A DNA stretch of 64,000 bases. Source: Syntrophales bacterium. Lineage in GTDB: Bacteria; Desulfobacterota; Syntrophia; Syntrophales; UBA6807. This document shows, piece by piece, positions 18,041 through 28,502 of this stretch. The notes under the pieces are model-generated. The model had not been told where the DNA came from, made no database searches, and saw nothing but the letters and a program-made list of their open reading frames with translations. Within the stretch, counting starts at the first letter, position 1; the number at the start of each line of letters is the position of its first letter. The stretch is taken from positions 1 through 64,000 of the forward strand of contig JAXGPA010000004.1 of assembly GCA_040767195.1 (NCBI GenBank). The letters are read 5' to 3'. The position numbers and the translations under genes were made by a program.

Positions 18041-18070
18041 ATCACTACAGGACTTCTTTTTTTCTGTCAA
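18041..18070 (-). promoter_or_regulatory. putative promoter of the Val leader/ilvB2
   Basis: TTGACA-17 nt-TAGTGAT, the same layout as the promoter at 15365..15394. Confidence 0.55.
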
Positions 18071-18216
18071 GAAAAAAATGTCCGTCCCCCGGAAAAATTT
18101 CCCGGAACCATTCCGGGGTGATTTTCGGTCTCGAAAACGGCACCTCATGGGATCCCGATTCTAACCGGGGAACCTGTGACCGTCACCGGGGATTTTACGT
18201 TTCAAGAAACAGGGCC

Positions 18217-20688
18217 TCACAAGGGCGATTCGTCCGGCGTATCGTCCTCATCCTCTTCAGGTGAGAGGTCTTCCGCCCTGTTCATGTCGAGCCGGAAAAA
18301 GCTTCTTTTCCCTTCACGGTCCACGTCGGCGTACGCCGTGGGCTCCGTCCCTTCCAGGTAGCACGCGAAAACCCCGCTCTCCGAGGCCGGCGGCGCCAGG
18401 AGCCCCGTCTTGGGGTCGATCTTCACGAACACCAAGCCGGGCGGGGGGGAAAAGGATTCGACGGGACGGCCTTCCAGGACTTTTTCCATGAAATAGAGAA
18501 ATACGGGGCTCGCCGCCCTCGACCCGGTCTCGTACTTCCCCAGGGGCTTCAGATCGTCGAAACCCACCCAGACACCGGCGACGAGGGAGGGGGTGAACCC
18601 GACGAACCAGGCGTCGTTCAGGTCATTCGTCGTGCCCGTTTTTCCGGCCACGGGCCGGCCCAGGGCCCGGACGCGCCAGCCTGTTCCCCGATCCACCACG
18701 TCCTGCAGGATGTGGGTGGTCACGTAAGCGATCCGCGGGTCCATGACCTGCTCCGCCTCGGGTCCGTTTTCCTCGAAAACATGGCCCGTCCGGTCGACGA
18801 TTTTCCGGATCATGAAGGGTTTGACACGCTTCCCGTAGTTGGCCAGTACGCCGAAGCCCCGGACCATTTCCTCCAGGGTCACCCCGGAGCTGCCGAGGGC
18901 CATGGAAAGATCCCTGGCGAGGGGAGACTGAATGCCCATGTTGGCCACGTAATCGGCGGCGTAATCGATGCCGATGTCCTTCAGGACCTTGATGGTGACG
19001 AGATTTCGCGACCGGATGAGGGCCGTCCGGAGCGTCGTGGGACCGTAAAATTTTTCCTCGTAGTTGCGGGGTTTCCAGGTGCTGTCACGGAGGATGTCCC
19101 GGAAGATGATGGGCGTGTCCATGACGACGGTCGAGGGGGTGAGCCCGTTGTCGAAAGCGGCGGCGTAAATGAAGGGCTTGAAAGCCGACCCCGGCTGCCG
19201 CCTCGACTGGGTGGCCCGGTTGAACTCGCTTCTCCGGTAATCCCGCCCGCCCACGAGGGCCTTGATCTCCCCCGTCTCGGCGGACATGGCGAGAAGCGCC
19301 CCCTGGACTTCCGGTTCCTGCTCCAGGGCCACGGTGAACCGCGCTTTCCCGTCCTCTCCTACTTCCATGGAAAGGAGTCGGACCAGGATGACGTCACCTT
19401 CCTGGAGGACGTCCCCGGGGTCCCGGACCGTCGCCTGGCCGGACGCCACGGTGGGATCGGGCCTGCGCGCCCAGGCCATGTTTTTCAAGGGAAGGGTCCC
19501 CTCACATCGCCCGATCCGGACGGCAACCCGTTTTTCCCGGGAGTCGACGACGGTCACCAGTCCCCGGATCACATCCAGGCCGGCGGGAATCCCCTGGGAG
19601 AAATCGTCGGGAAGGTTCTCGTCCAAAGCGGCGAGAAAGGCCTCGTATTCTTCCGGTTTCAGTTTCCCCAGGGGGCCCCGGTACCCCTGCCTCTTGTCGA
19701 GTTCCCGCAACCCTCTCGCCACGGCGTCCCGGGCCGCTCCCTGCATGGCCGGGTCGAGGGTCGTGTACACCTCCAGGCCTTCCCGGTACAGAACCTCGCT
19801 TCCGTACTTTTCCTGGACATACCGCCGGACGAGTTCCGTGAAATAGGGAGCCAGCTTTTCCTTTTCCCGCGTTTTTCTGAGGACGACCCCGGCCGCCAGG
19901 GCCTCATCCCTCTCCGCCCCGGTAATGAATCCCTCTACGGCCATGCGGTTCAGGACGTATTCCATCCGGTTTCGGGCCCTTTCGGGGTGCAGGTACGGGG
20001 AATATCGGCTCGGCGCTTTCGGGAGACCGGCCAGGAGGGCCGACTCGCCCAGGGTCAATTCCCGGGCCTTCTTGCCGAAGTACCGCTCCGCCGCCGCCTC
20101 GACACCATAGGTTCCGTGGCCGAGATAGATCTGGTTGAGGTACAGGTGGAGAATTTCGTACTTGGTCAGGTAACGGTCGATCCGCCAGGCGAGAACGGCT
20201 TCCTTGAGTTTCCTGAGGTAACTTCTCTCGGGCGTCAGGAAGAGGGATTTGGCCACCTGCTGGGTGATGGTGCTGCCGCCCTGAACGATGGACCCCGCTT
20301 CGAGGTTCTTGAGAAATGCCCGGGCGATGCTCTGGACGTCCACCCCGCCGTGGCGGAAGAAACGGGAGTCCTCGGCGGCCACGAAGGCCTGGATCACCGA
20401 GCGGGGAAGCTCGGTGATGTCGATTACCTTGCGGTCTTCCAGGAAGAACTCGTCGATGAGTTCGTTCCCCTCGCCGTAAACCCGGGTGATGATGCTCGGC
20501 CGGTAATCCTTCAGGGAAGAAATGCTCGGCAACCCCTGGACGATGTAGTAAAAAAAGCCCCCCGCCAGGGCGGCGCCGGCCAGGGCCAGGAGAAAAAAGG
20601 CCACGAGAATCCTGGCAAGGACCCCTCCCCTCTCCCCGGGGAACCCCTTCCTTCCCCTTTCCTTAAGGGTGTCATTCCCGTGAATCAT
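18217..20688 (-). CDS. mrcA: penicillin-binding protein 1A (transglycosylase-transpeptidase)
   Basis: N-terminal TM anchor, AEDSRFF, GGSTITQQVAK, YLNQIYLG, QPGSAFKP (SxxK), SRN, GKTGT. Start taken at ATG 20688; exact start uncertain. Confidence 0.93.
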   Translation of the reverse strand: MIHGNDTLKERGRKGFPGERGGVLARILVAFFLLALAGAALAGGFFYYIVQGLPSISSLKDYRPSIITRVYGEGNELIDEFFLEDRKVIDITELPRSVIQAFVAAEDSRFFRHGGVDVQSIARAFLKNLEAGSIVQGGSTITQQVAKSLFLTPERSYLRKLKEAVLAWRIDRYLTKYEILHLYLNQIYLGHGTYGVEAAAERYFGKKARELTLGESALLAGLPKAPSRYSPYLHPERARNRMEYVLNRMAVEGFITGAERDEALAAGVVLRKTREKEKLAPYFTELVRRYVQEKYGSEVLYREGLEVYTTLDPAMQGAARDAVARGLRELDKRQGYRGPLGKLKPEEYEAFLAALDENLPDDFSQGIPAGLDVIRGLVTVVDSREKRVAVRIGRCEGTLPLKNMAWARRPDPTVASGQATVRDPGDVLQEGDVILVRLLSMEVGEDGKARFTVALEQEPEVQGALLAMSAETGEIKALVGGRDYRRSEFNRATQSRRQPGSAFKPFIYAAAFDNGLTPSTVVMDTPIIFRDILRDSTWKPRNYEEKFYGPTTLRTALIRSRNLVTIKVLKDIGIDYAADYVANMGIQSPLARDLSMALGSSGVTLEEMVRGFGVLANYGKRVKPFMIRKIVDRTGHVFEENGPEAEQVMDPRIAYVTTHILQDVVDRGTGWRVRALGRPVAGKTGTTNDLNDAWFVGFTPSLVAGVWVGFDDLKPLGKYETGSRAASPVFLYFMEKVLEGRPVESFSPPPGLVFVKIDPKTGLLAPPASESGVFACYLEGTEPTAYADVDREGKRSFFRLDMNRAEDLSPEEDEDDTPDESPL

Positions 20689-21574
20689 CCGATTCCGCCG
20701 CTTTCTCCGCCGTTCCGGTCTTTTCCGCCTCCCCCTGCCCTTCTTCCCCTTCCGTCTTCTTTTCCTCCTGTTCCGGTGCCGCCTCTTCCCCCGGTTCCCC
20801 CCCGGGGCGCTCCGGCGCGGCCTCTTCCGGTGAGCCGGCCTCTTCCTCTTTTTTCCCCTCGGCTTTCCGGACGATCCAGACGCTGATTTCAAATAGGATC
20901 ACGATGGGGATCGCCATGAGAACCTGGGTAACCACGTCGGGCGGGGTCAGGATGGCGGCACCGATGAAGGCCAGGAGGATGGCGTATTTCCTGTTCCTGA
21001 CAAGCTTGCGCGAGTCGACGAGACCGATCTTGGCCAGGAAGAACATGAAGATGGGAAGCTCGAAGACGATTCCGAAGGCCAGGAGGACTTTCATGGAAAA
21101 GGACAGAAACTCCCGCAGCGACAGCATGGGCCGGATGAACTCGGTGCCGAAGGCCAGAAAAAAGCGGAACCCGAAGGGAAAAACGACGAAGTAGGCGAAT
21201 ATGGCCCCCCCGACGAAGAAGGCCGTCGAGAAAATGACGAAGGGGATCATGTAGCGCTTCTCTTTTTCATAGAGCCCCGGGGAGATGAATTTCCACACCT
21301 GGTAAAGGATGTAGGGGCTGGAAACGAAAATGGCGGCGAAGAAGGAAACCTTCAGGTAGGTGAAAAAGGCCTCGGGAAGGCTCGTGAAGATCATGGACCC
21401 CTTGTCGGGAAGGATGTCCTTCAGGGGGAGGGTGAGAATCCCGAAAAGCCTTTCCTTGAAAAAATAACAGCCGACGAAGGAAACGGCGACGGCGGTGAAA
21501 ATCCGGATCAGCCGGGTCCTCAGTTCCTCCAGGTGAGAGGTGAACGGCATCTTTTCATTGTCGGGGTCTGTCAT
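20672..21574 (-). CDS. tatC: twin-arginine translocase subunit TatC
   Basis: HLEELRTRL, YQVWKFISPGLYEKEK, FGIVFELP, AILTPPD; acidic C-terminal tail. Confidence 0.95.
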   Translation of the reverse strand: MTDPDNEKMPFTSHLEELRTRLIRIFTAVAVSFVGCYFFKERLFGILTLPLKDILPDKGSMIFTSLPEAFFTYLKVSFFAAIFVSSPYILYQVWKFISPGLYEKEKRYMIPFVIFSTAFFVGGAIFAYFVVFPFGFRFFLAFGTEFIRPMLSLREFLSFSMKVLLAFGIVFELPIFMFFLAKIGLVDSRKLVRNRKYAILLAFIGAAILTPPDVVTQVLMAIPIVILFEISVWIVRKAEGKKEEEAGSPEEAAPERPGGEPGEEAAPEQEEKKTEGEEGQGEAEKTGTAEKAAESDDSRE

Positions 21575-21637
21575 GTTTCGCACGGAACAAAGGGGCTGGG
21601 TTCGATTCCGGGGAGCCGGGAGAGAATGCCCGATGCC

Positions 21638-21904
21638 CTATTTTTTCTCCTCTTTCCCCGGGTCTTGAGCGGATTGAGGGGGTTTCGCCGGCTTTCCGTC
21701 GGACAGGATGGAACTTTTCAGGTTCCGGGCCTCGTCTCGAAGGTCGTCGACCTTCAGCGTGTCCTTGACGTCATCGGTGGCCTTCCGGAACTCGGCGAGC
21801 CCCCGGCCCAGGGACCTGGCCAGATCGGGAAGGTTCTTGGGCCCGATGACGATGAGTGCCACGATCAGGATGATGATGAGTTCGGGCATGCCGATGCCGA
21901 ACAT
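21638..21904 (-). CDS. tatB: twin-arginine translocase subunit TatA/TatB family
   Basis: MFGIGMPELIIILIVALIVIGPKNLPDLARSLG; directly upstream of tatC. Confidence 0.88.
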   Translation of the reverse strand: MFGIGMPELIIILIVALIVIGPKNLPDLARSLGRGLAEFRKATDDVKDTLKVDDLRDEARNLKSSILSDGKPAKPPQSAQDPGKEEKK

Positions 21905-21937
21905 GGGTTCACCTTCGTTTTCGGTTTGAGACCAAAC

Positions 21938-21967
21938 AATATATATGCCAATGCCATTCATTGTCAA
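21938..21967 (-). promoter_or_regulatory. putative sigma70 promoter of tatB-tatC-mrcA
   Basis: TTGACA followed after 16-18 nt by TATATA/TATATT in an AT-rich intergenic stretch. Confidence 0.5.
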
Positions 21968-22060
21968 CGCATTTTGATTGTTTGCAATTTCGCCTGTTCT
22001 GTGGTAGTTCTTTCCCCGTCGGAAGAGGCATCCGAACCCCTTGCAAAAAGTGAAAAATCC

Positions 22061-23119
22061 ATGAAAACAGGAATCGTCAGGGACCTCCGTTATCTCGATC
22101 ACGTCATGGACCCCTTTCACCCCGAGTCCCCCGAGCGGCTTGTTTCCCTGTATGACATGCTCGACGAGCGGGACATGAGGGGCCAATACGTTCCTGTCGA
22201 AACCCGCCTCGCCTCCCACGACGAGATTTCCATGGTCCACGCCCGGCACTACATCGATCTCGTGGCGGCCACGGCAGGAAAGGTCCACACCTATCTCGAC
22301 CCCGACACCTCCACCTGTCCCGACTCCTACGAGACGGCCCTCCTCGCCGCCGGCGGGATGATGAACGCCGTGGACGCCGTCATGGAGGGGACCGCGAGAA
22401 ACGCCTTCGCCCTGGTGCGCCCGCCGGGGCACCACGCCGAGGCGGGACGGGCGGCGGGTTTCTGCATCTTCAACAACGTGGCCATCGGCGCGTGCCATGC
22501 CATGAAAAAATACGGCTTGCGAAGGATCCTCATCGTGGACTGGGACCTCCACCATGGAAACGGGACCCAGCGCACCTTTTACGACGACAGGCGGGTTCTT
22601 TACTTCTCCACCCACCAGTACCCCTTCTACCCGGGCACGGGAAGCCTCAACGAGATTGGGCGGGGCGAAGGGCTGGGATACACGGTCAACGTCCCCCTCC
22701 GGCGGGGACCGGGAGACGGCGAGTTCGTCAGGATCTTCCGAAAAATACTGGAACCGGTGGCGTCGGCCTACGAGCCCGAACTGGTCCTTCTGTCCGCCGG
22801 CTTCGACATCCACTTCCAGGATCCCCTGGGAGGGATGAATGTCCGCCCCTCGGGATTCGCCGCCCTGGCCCGCGTCCTCATGAACATCGCCGACCGCCAC
22901 TGCCGGGGGCGGTTCGCCGTGACCCTCGAGGGGGGTTACCACATCGATGGGATGACCCAGTCCGTCAAGGCGGTCCTCCGGGAGATGAAAGACGAAACGG
23001 TCAAGCCGGAAGCGGTCCTGGCAGAACTGGAGAACAAGGCCGACCCGTCCATCGACAAGATCATCCACGGGGTGATCCAGCAGATCAAGCCGGTCTGGAA
23101 CGTCTTCCACGGGAGTTGA
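22061..23119 (+). CDS. histone deacetylase family (Zn-dependent amidohydrolase)
   Basis: HPESPERL, RPPGHHA, GFCIFNNVA, DWDLHHGNGTQ, SAGFD, LEGGY. Confidence 0.93.
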   Translation: MKTGIVRDLRYLDHVMDPFHPESPERLVSLYDMLDERDMRGQYVPVETRLASHDEISMVHARHYIDLVAATAGKVHTYLDPDTSTCPDSYETALLAAGGMMNAVDAVMEGTARNAFALVRPPGHHAEAGRAAGFCIFNNVAIGACHAMKKYGLRRILIVDWDLHHGNGTQRTFYDDRRVLYFSTHQYPFYPGTGSLNEIGRGEGLGYTVNVPLRRGPGDGEFVRIFRKILEPVASAYEPELVLLSAGFDIHFQDPLGGMNVRPSGFAALARVLMNIADRHCRGRFAVTLEGGYHIDGMTQSVKAVLREMKDETVKPEAVLAELENKADPSIDKIIHGVIQQIKPVWNVFHGS

Positions 23120-23302
23120 GAAGCACCGCTTCGGGGGAAATGACCTCCCGTCAATTGTTCGGGCGCCTGCGTGGTAAGCCCCGCGGCGCGGCACCCGAAT
23201 CGCGAAATACAAAAGGGCCCGGCACGCCGCCCCATGATGAGGGGAAAGGGCCAAGCCTCACCGGGCTTGCGTGAAAAAACCGTTTTCATGAAGGAGAACC
23301 CT

Positions 23303-23590
23303 GTGAAAATAACCAAGGATCAGGTCGAATACGTGGCCCATCTCGCCCGCCTCGAATTCGACGAGTCGGAGAAGGAAAAGTTCACGTCTCAGCTGAACGA
23401 CATCCTCATGTACATGGATATCTTGAACCGCCTCGACACGGCCGGCGTGGAACCCATGTCCCACGCCACCCAGCTCGCCAATGCCTTCCGGGAGGACCGG
23501 GTCCTGCCCTCCATCGGCGTCGAAGAGGCGATGAAGAACGCCCCTGACGAAGCCCGGGAAAGCTTCCGGGTTCCCAAGGTCATTGAATAG
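23303..23590 (+). CDS. gatC: Asp/Glu-tRNA amidotransferase subunit C
   Basis: VAHLARL...LDTAGVEP...[11 protein letters not shown] start after AAGGAG. Confidence 0.93.
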   Translation: MKITKDQVEYVAHLARLEFDESEKEKFTSQLNDILMYMDILNRLDTAGVEPMSHATQLANAFREDRVLPSIGVEEAMKNAPDEARESFRVPKVIE

Positions 23591-23598
23591 AGGACTAT

Positions 23599-25056
23599 AT
23601 GGAACTTTGCGAACGGACCATCCATGAGCTTCTGAAAATGCTGGACACCGGGGAGACCACCTCCACGGAGATCACCGAGTCGGTCTTCCGCCGCATCGAC
23701 GCGGTGGAGGGCCGGATCCACTCCTACATCACCGTCCTTCGGGAATCGGCCCTGGAAAGGGCCGCCGAAAGCGACCGGGAAATCCGCCAGGGGGTCCGCA
23801 AACCCCTGGGGGGGATCCCCATCGCGCTCAAGGACATCCTGTGCACCCGGGGGACCCGCACGACCTGCGGTTCCCGGATCCTGGAAAATTTCATCCCCCC
23901 CTACGACGCCACGGTCGTCACGAAATTGCAGGACGCCGGCGCCGTGTTCGTGGGGAAAACGAACATGGACGAGTTCGCCATGGGCTCCTCCACGGAAACC
24001 TCCTATTTCGGCGTCACCCGGAATCCCTGGGACCTGGAGCGGACCCCCGGGGGCTCGAGCGGCGGCTCGGCCACGGCGGTGGCCGCCGGCCAGTGCATCG
24101 CCTCCATCGGCTCCGACACGGGCGGGTCGATCCGCCAGCCCGCGTCCCTCTGCGGGGTCGTGGGGATGAAGCCCACCTACGGCCGCGTGTCCCGGTTCGG
24201 CCTCATCGCTTTCGCCTCCTCCCTCGACCAGATCGGCCCGTTCACCCGGGACGTGGCGGACTGCGCCCTCATGATGAACGTCATCGCCGGCCACGACAGA
24301 AGGGAATCCACGTCGGTGCCCCGGGAGGTCCCGGACTACAGGGAATTCATCGGGAAGGACGTCCGGGGCTGGACGGTGGGCATCCCGAAGGAATACTTCA
24401 TCGAGGGCATCGACCCCGAAACCTCCTCGGCCGTCGAGGAGGTGATCCGGACCCTCAAAGACCTGGGGGTGAAGACGAAGGAGGTCTCCCTTCCCCACAC
24501 GGACTACTGCGTCGCCGTCTACTACATCGTCGCCCCGGCCGAGGCGAGCTCCAACCTGGCCCGTTACGACGGCGTCCGCTACGGGTACCGGTCCGGCGAA
24601 GGGCGGGACCTTCTCGACATGTACAAGAAAACCCGGTCCGCCGGCTTCGGGGCGGAGGTTAAGCGCCGAATCATGATCGGGACCTATGCCCTCTCCTCCG
24701 GGTACTACGACGCCTATTACAAGAAAGCCTCCCAGGTCCGGGCCCTCCTGAAGCGGGATTTCGACGAGGCCTTCCGGGAATGCGACGTCCTGCTCACGCC
24801 CACGACGCCCACGCCGGCCTTCCGGCTCGGCGAAAAGATGGACGACCCTCTGCAGATGTACCTGTCCGACATTTTCACCCTCTCGGTCAACCTGGCCGGC
24901 ATTCCCGGGATTTCCGTCCCCTGCGGCTTCACGAGGAGCGGCCTTCCCATCGGCGCCCAGTTCCTGGCGGGGCACTTCGACGAGGGCAAGATCCTCCAGG
25001 TCGCGTCGGCCTACGAAAAACACGCCAATTTAGAGAAAAGGAGACCGGCACTCTAA
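23599..25056 (+). CDS. gatA: Asp/Glu-tRNA amidotransferase subunit A
   Basis: Amidase signature [57 protein letters not shown]. Confidence 0.97.
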   Translation: MELCERTIHELLKMLDTGETTSTEITESVFRRIDAVEGRIHSYITVLRESALERAAESDREIRQGVRKPLGGIPIALKDILCTRGTRTTCGSRILENFIPPYDATVVTKLQDAGAVFVGKTNMDEFAMGSSTETSYFGVTRNPWDLERTPGGSSGGSATAVAAGQCIASIGSDTGGSIRQPASLCGVVGMKPTYGRVSRFGLIAFASSLDQIGPFTRDVADCALMMNVIAGHDRRESTSVPREVPDYREFIGKDVRGWTVGIPKEYFIEGIDPETSSAVEEVIRTLKDLGVKTKEVSLPHTDYCVAVYYIVAPAEASSNLARYDGVRYGYRSGEGRDLLDMYKKTRSAGFGAEVKRRIMIGTYALSSGYYDAYYKKASQVRALLKRDFDEAFRECDVLLTPTTPTPAFRLGEKMDDPLQMYLSDIFTLSVNLAGIPGISVPCGFTRSGLPIGAQFLAGHFDEGKILQVASAYEKHANLEKRRPAL

Positions 25057-26489
25057 TGGAATACGAACCTGTCATCGGTCTTGAAGTTCACGCCCAGCTT
25101 CTCACGGAGAGCAAGATTTTCTGCGGCTGCTCCACCCGGTTCGGCGTCCCGCCGAACCACAACACCTGCTGCATCTGCCTGGGCATGCCCGGCGTTCTGC
25201 CCGTGCTGAACAAAAAGGTGGTCGACTACGCCATGAAAATGGCCCTGGCCACCCACTGCCGGATCAACCCGTACAACATCTTCGCCCGGAAGAACTACTT
25301 CTACCCCGATCTTCCCAAGGGGTACCAGATTTCACAGTACGCCGAACCGCTCGCCGAGGACGGGTACATCGACATGGACATGAACGGGACCCGCAAGCGG
25401 GTGGGCATCATCCGGATCCACCTGGAAGAGGACGCGGGCAAGCTTATCCACGACGAGCACTACCCCTCGAGTTACGTCGATTTCAACCGGACCGGCGTCC
25501 CCCTCATCGAGATCGTCAGCGCCCCGGACATGCGGAGCGCCGAAGAGGCGGAGGTCTACCTGAGGCGCCTTCACGAGATCCTCATCTACCTCGGCATCTG
25601 CGACGGCAACATGGAAGAGGGGAGCTTCCGTTGCGACGCCAACATCTCCATCCGGCCCCGGGGGGAGGAGACGTTCGGGACCCGGGCGGAGCTGAAAAAC
25701 ATGAACTCCTTCCGGAACGTCCGCCGGGCCCTGGAATATGAAATCAAAAGGCAGCAGTACGTCCTCGAGGGCGGCGGCCGGGTGGTCCAGGAAACCCGCC
25801 TGTGGAACGACCCCCAGGGGGTGACCCACTCCATGAGGGGCAAGGAGGAGGCCCACGATTACCGGTACTTTCCCGACCCCGACCTGATCCGCGTGGAAAT
25901 CTCCGACGCCTGGATCGACGATGTGCGCCGGAACCTTCCCGAGCTGCCCCTGGCGAAACGGGAGCGCTTTGTCGCCCAGTACGGCATTCCCCTCTACGAC
26001 GCCTCGGTGCTCACGTCCAGCCAGGCCCTGGCGGGCTTTTTCGAGGCCGTGGTGGCGGTCTGCGGGAAGCCCAAGACGGCGAGCAACTGGGTCATGGGGG
26101 ACCTCCTGGCCCACCTGAACCTGGAACGGAAAGATATCGCCGAAAGCCCCGTGACGCCGGGAACCCTCGCGGAGATGATCGGCATGATCGAGGACGGAAC
26201 CATCAGCGGCAAGATCGCCAAGGACGTCTTCGAGGAGATGTGGTCTTCGGGAAAGTCCCCCCGGCAGATCGTCGAGGAGAAAGGCCTCGTCCAGATCACC
26301 GACACGGCCTTCCTGGAAGAGGCCATCGACGAAGTCCTGAAGGCCAACCCCGTTCAGCTCGAGCAGTACCGCGGGGGCAAGGACAAGCTCTTCGGGTACT
26401 TCGTCGGCCAGACCATGAAGCTCACCAAGGGAAAGGCCAACCCGGCCCTCCTGAACGAGCTTCTCAGGAAGAAGCTGTCGGAAGGATGA
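25056..26489 (+). CDS. gatB: Asp/Glu-tRNA amidotransferase subunit B
   Basis: [59 protein letters not shown]. Confidence 0.97.
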   Translation: MEYEPVIGLEVHAQLLTESKIFCGCSTRFGVPPNHNTCCICLGMPGVLPVLNKKVVDYAMKMALATHCRINPYNIFARKNYFYPDLPKGYQISQYAEPLAEDGYIDMDMNGTRKRVGIIRIHLEEDAGKLIHDEHYPSSYVDFNRTGVPLIEIVSAPDMRSAEEAEVYLRRLHEILIYLGICDGNMEEGSFRCDANISIRPRGEETFGTRAELKNMNSFRNVRRALEYEIKRQQYVLEGGGRVVQETRLWNDPQGVTHSMRGKEEAHDYRYFPDPDLIRVEISDAWIDDVRRNLPELPLAKRERFVAQYGIPLYDASVLTSSQALAGFFEAVVAVCGKPKTASNWVMGDLLAHLNLERKDIAESPVTPGTLAEMIGMIEDGTISGKIAKDVFEEMWSSGKSPRQIVEEKGLVQITDTAFLEEAIDEVLKANPVQLEQYRGGKDKLFGYFVGQTMKLTKGKANPALLNELLRKKLSEG

Positions 26490-27535
26490 TTCGACCCATC
26501 GCGTGGAACGGTGAAGGCGTCGTTCTTCTCGACCAGCGGGCCCTCCCGGGGGAGGAGCGGTACCTCACCCTCGGGGACTGGCGGGAGGTCGTCGAAGCCA
26601 TCCGGAACCTCACCGTCCGGGGCGCGCCGGCCATCGGCGTCACCGCCGCCCTGGGCATCGCCCAGGCCATGAGGACCCCCCTGTCCCGCGACCGTGACGG
26701 GATGACCGCTTTTTTCAGCGAGGTCTGCCGGGCCTTTGCCGCGAGCCGCCCGACGGCGGTGAACCTCTTCTGGGCCATCGACAGGATGACACGGCGCTTC
26801 GAGCGGGAGCGGGAGCGGGACCCCGGCGGCGTGGCCGACGGGCTCGTCAACGAGGCCCTGGCCATCTTCCGCGAGGACATCGAGGCGAACGAGGCCCTGG
26901 GTCGCCACGGCGCGGCCCTCGTCCCCGACGGCGCCCGCATCCTCACCCACTGCAACGCCGGGGCCCTTGCCACGGCGGGGTACGGCACCGCCCTCGGCGT
27001 CGTCCGGGCCGCCCGGGACGCCGGGAAAACCCTTCACGTTTTCATCGACGAAACCCGGCCCGTTCTCCAGGGCGCCCGCCTCACCGCCTGGGAGATGCAA
27101 AAAGAGAATATCCCCGCCACCCTCGTCACCGACGGCATGGCGGGGGCCCTCATGGCCCGGGGCAAGGTCGATCTCGTCATCACCGGTGCCGACCGGATCG
27201 CCGCCAACGGCGACACGGCCAATAAAATCGGGACCTACACGGTCGCCGTCCTCGCCCGGGAGCACGGCCTCCCCTTCTACGTCGCCGCCCCTCTCTCGAC
27301 GGTGGACCGGACCCTCGCCGGCGGCGCGGACATCCCCGTGGAAGAACGGGACCCCGGCGAGGTCACCTGTTTCGCCGGCCGTCTCATCGCGCCGGAAGGC
27401 ATCGCCGTGTGGAACCCCGCCTTCGACATCACCCCCGGCAGGCTCATCACGGCCATCGTCACGGAAAAGGGCATCCTCAAGCCGCCTTTCGACAAGGCGC
27501 TCAAGACCTGTTTCGACGAAGCGGGGGGGTCTTAG
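26486..27535 (+). CDS. mtnA: methylthioribose-1-phosphate isomerase
   Basis: [70 protein letters not shown]. Confidence 0.94.
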   Translation: MIRPIAWNGEGVVLLDQRALPGEERYLTLGDWREVVEAIRNLTVRGAPAIGVTAALGIAQAMRTPLSRDRDGMTAFFSEVCRAFAASRPTAVNLFWAIDRMTRRFERERERDPGGVADGLVNEALAIFREDIEANEALGRHGAALVPDGARILTHCNAGALATAGYGTALGVVRAARDAGKTLHVFIDETRPVLQGARLTAWEMQKENIPATLVTDGMAGALMARGKVDLVITGADRIAANGDTANKIGTYTVAVLAREHGLPFYVAAPLSTVDRTLAGGADIPVEERDPGEVTCFAGRLIAPEGIAVWNPAFDITPGRLITAIVTEKGILKPPFDKALKTCFDEAGGS

Positions 27536-27541
27536 GCGGCC

Positions 27542-28159
27542 ATGCTCTACCTCTTCGATTTCGACGGCGTCCTGGTCGATTCCCTCGCCTTTTACGAGGA
27601 ACTTGTCCGGACCTCCCTGGAAGACATGGGACTTTTCATTGTCCGGGACCGGCAGGATTATCTCGACCTTTTCGAGGATAATTTTTATGAATCCCTGCGG
27701 GGCCGCGGCGTGGACGTGGAGACGTTCAACGCGCGCGCCCGGGCCCGGGCGGCCGCGGCCGACTACGGGAGAATCACCCCCGTCGCGGGAATGGCCGCCG
27801 TTCTGCCCGCCCTCCAAAGGAACGGGATCCGGAACGTCATCATCTCCTCCAACGCTTCCGGGGCCATCGAGACGGTCCTCGAGAGAAGCGGGTGGTCCCG
27901 CTTTTTCGAGGGCGTTCTCAGCGCCGACTTCATGCTCGAGAAGGTGGGTAAAATCCTTCATGCCCGGGAGCGATGGAACGAACAGGGCGGTCCCGTCTTT
28001 TACATCGGCGACACAGCCGGCGACATCCGGGAGGCCCGGGCCGCCGGCGCGAACACCGTGGCCGTGACCTGGGGCTGGCATTCGGAGGAACAGCTCCGTA
28101 AAGCCCGGCCCGACGCTGTCGTTCACCACCCTTCCGAACTGATCGGTCTCACCGGCTGA
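27542..28159 (+). CDS. HAD-IA family phosphatase (phosphoglycolate phosphatase-like)
   Basis: FDFDGVLVDS, ISSN, K, YIGDTAGDI, VTWGW. Confidence 0.88.
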   Translation: MLYLFDFDGVLVDSLAFYEELVRTSLEDMGLFIVRDRQDYLDLFEDNFYESLRGRGVDVETFNARARARAAAADYGRITPVAGMAAVLPALQRNGIRNVIISSNASGAIETVLERSGWSRFFEGVLSADFMLEKVGKILHARERWNEQGGPVFYIGDTAGDIREARAAGANTVAVTWGWHSEEQLRKARPDAVVHHPSELIGLTG

Positions 28160-28502
28160 CCCCCGAAGGGCCGCTTTCCGGGACGATCCTCCTCGCTCCG
28201 AAAAATGTCATCCCGTTTGACCCGCCCGTAATCGAAATCGGAGATCCCCCTTAACGGACATTAAAGAGGATTATGGAGATTTCCGGCGATCCCGCCGTTA
28301 ACGGAAAGATAGACTTTTATTTCAAAACCCAGTATATTGAATTCATAATAGGGAGTTTTGAAACATTCCTGGCTTTTTTTTCATAGTCCCGTGACGTCTC
28401 CCTGATCCTTTTCGGCCGAGAACCTGTCCCGACGGTGATGACCTTTAATCGTTCCCGATTCACAAGGATGTGAATCGAAAAAAAGCATAGGAGGTCAAGG
28501 CC

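Noticed and set aside
20689..20892. Arg/Lys-rich N-terminal extension of PBP1A in the ORF track
   Set aside because: It is an alternate-frame reading of the purine-rich, Glu-rich tatC tail; a downstream start is more plausible.
23120..23302. Structured leader or T-box upstream of gatC
   Set aside because: GC-rich hairpins are present (TTCGGGCGCC/GGCACCCGAA), but there is no T-box consensus and no terminator with a U tract.
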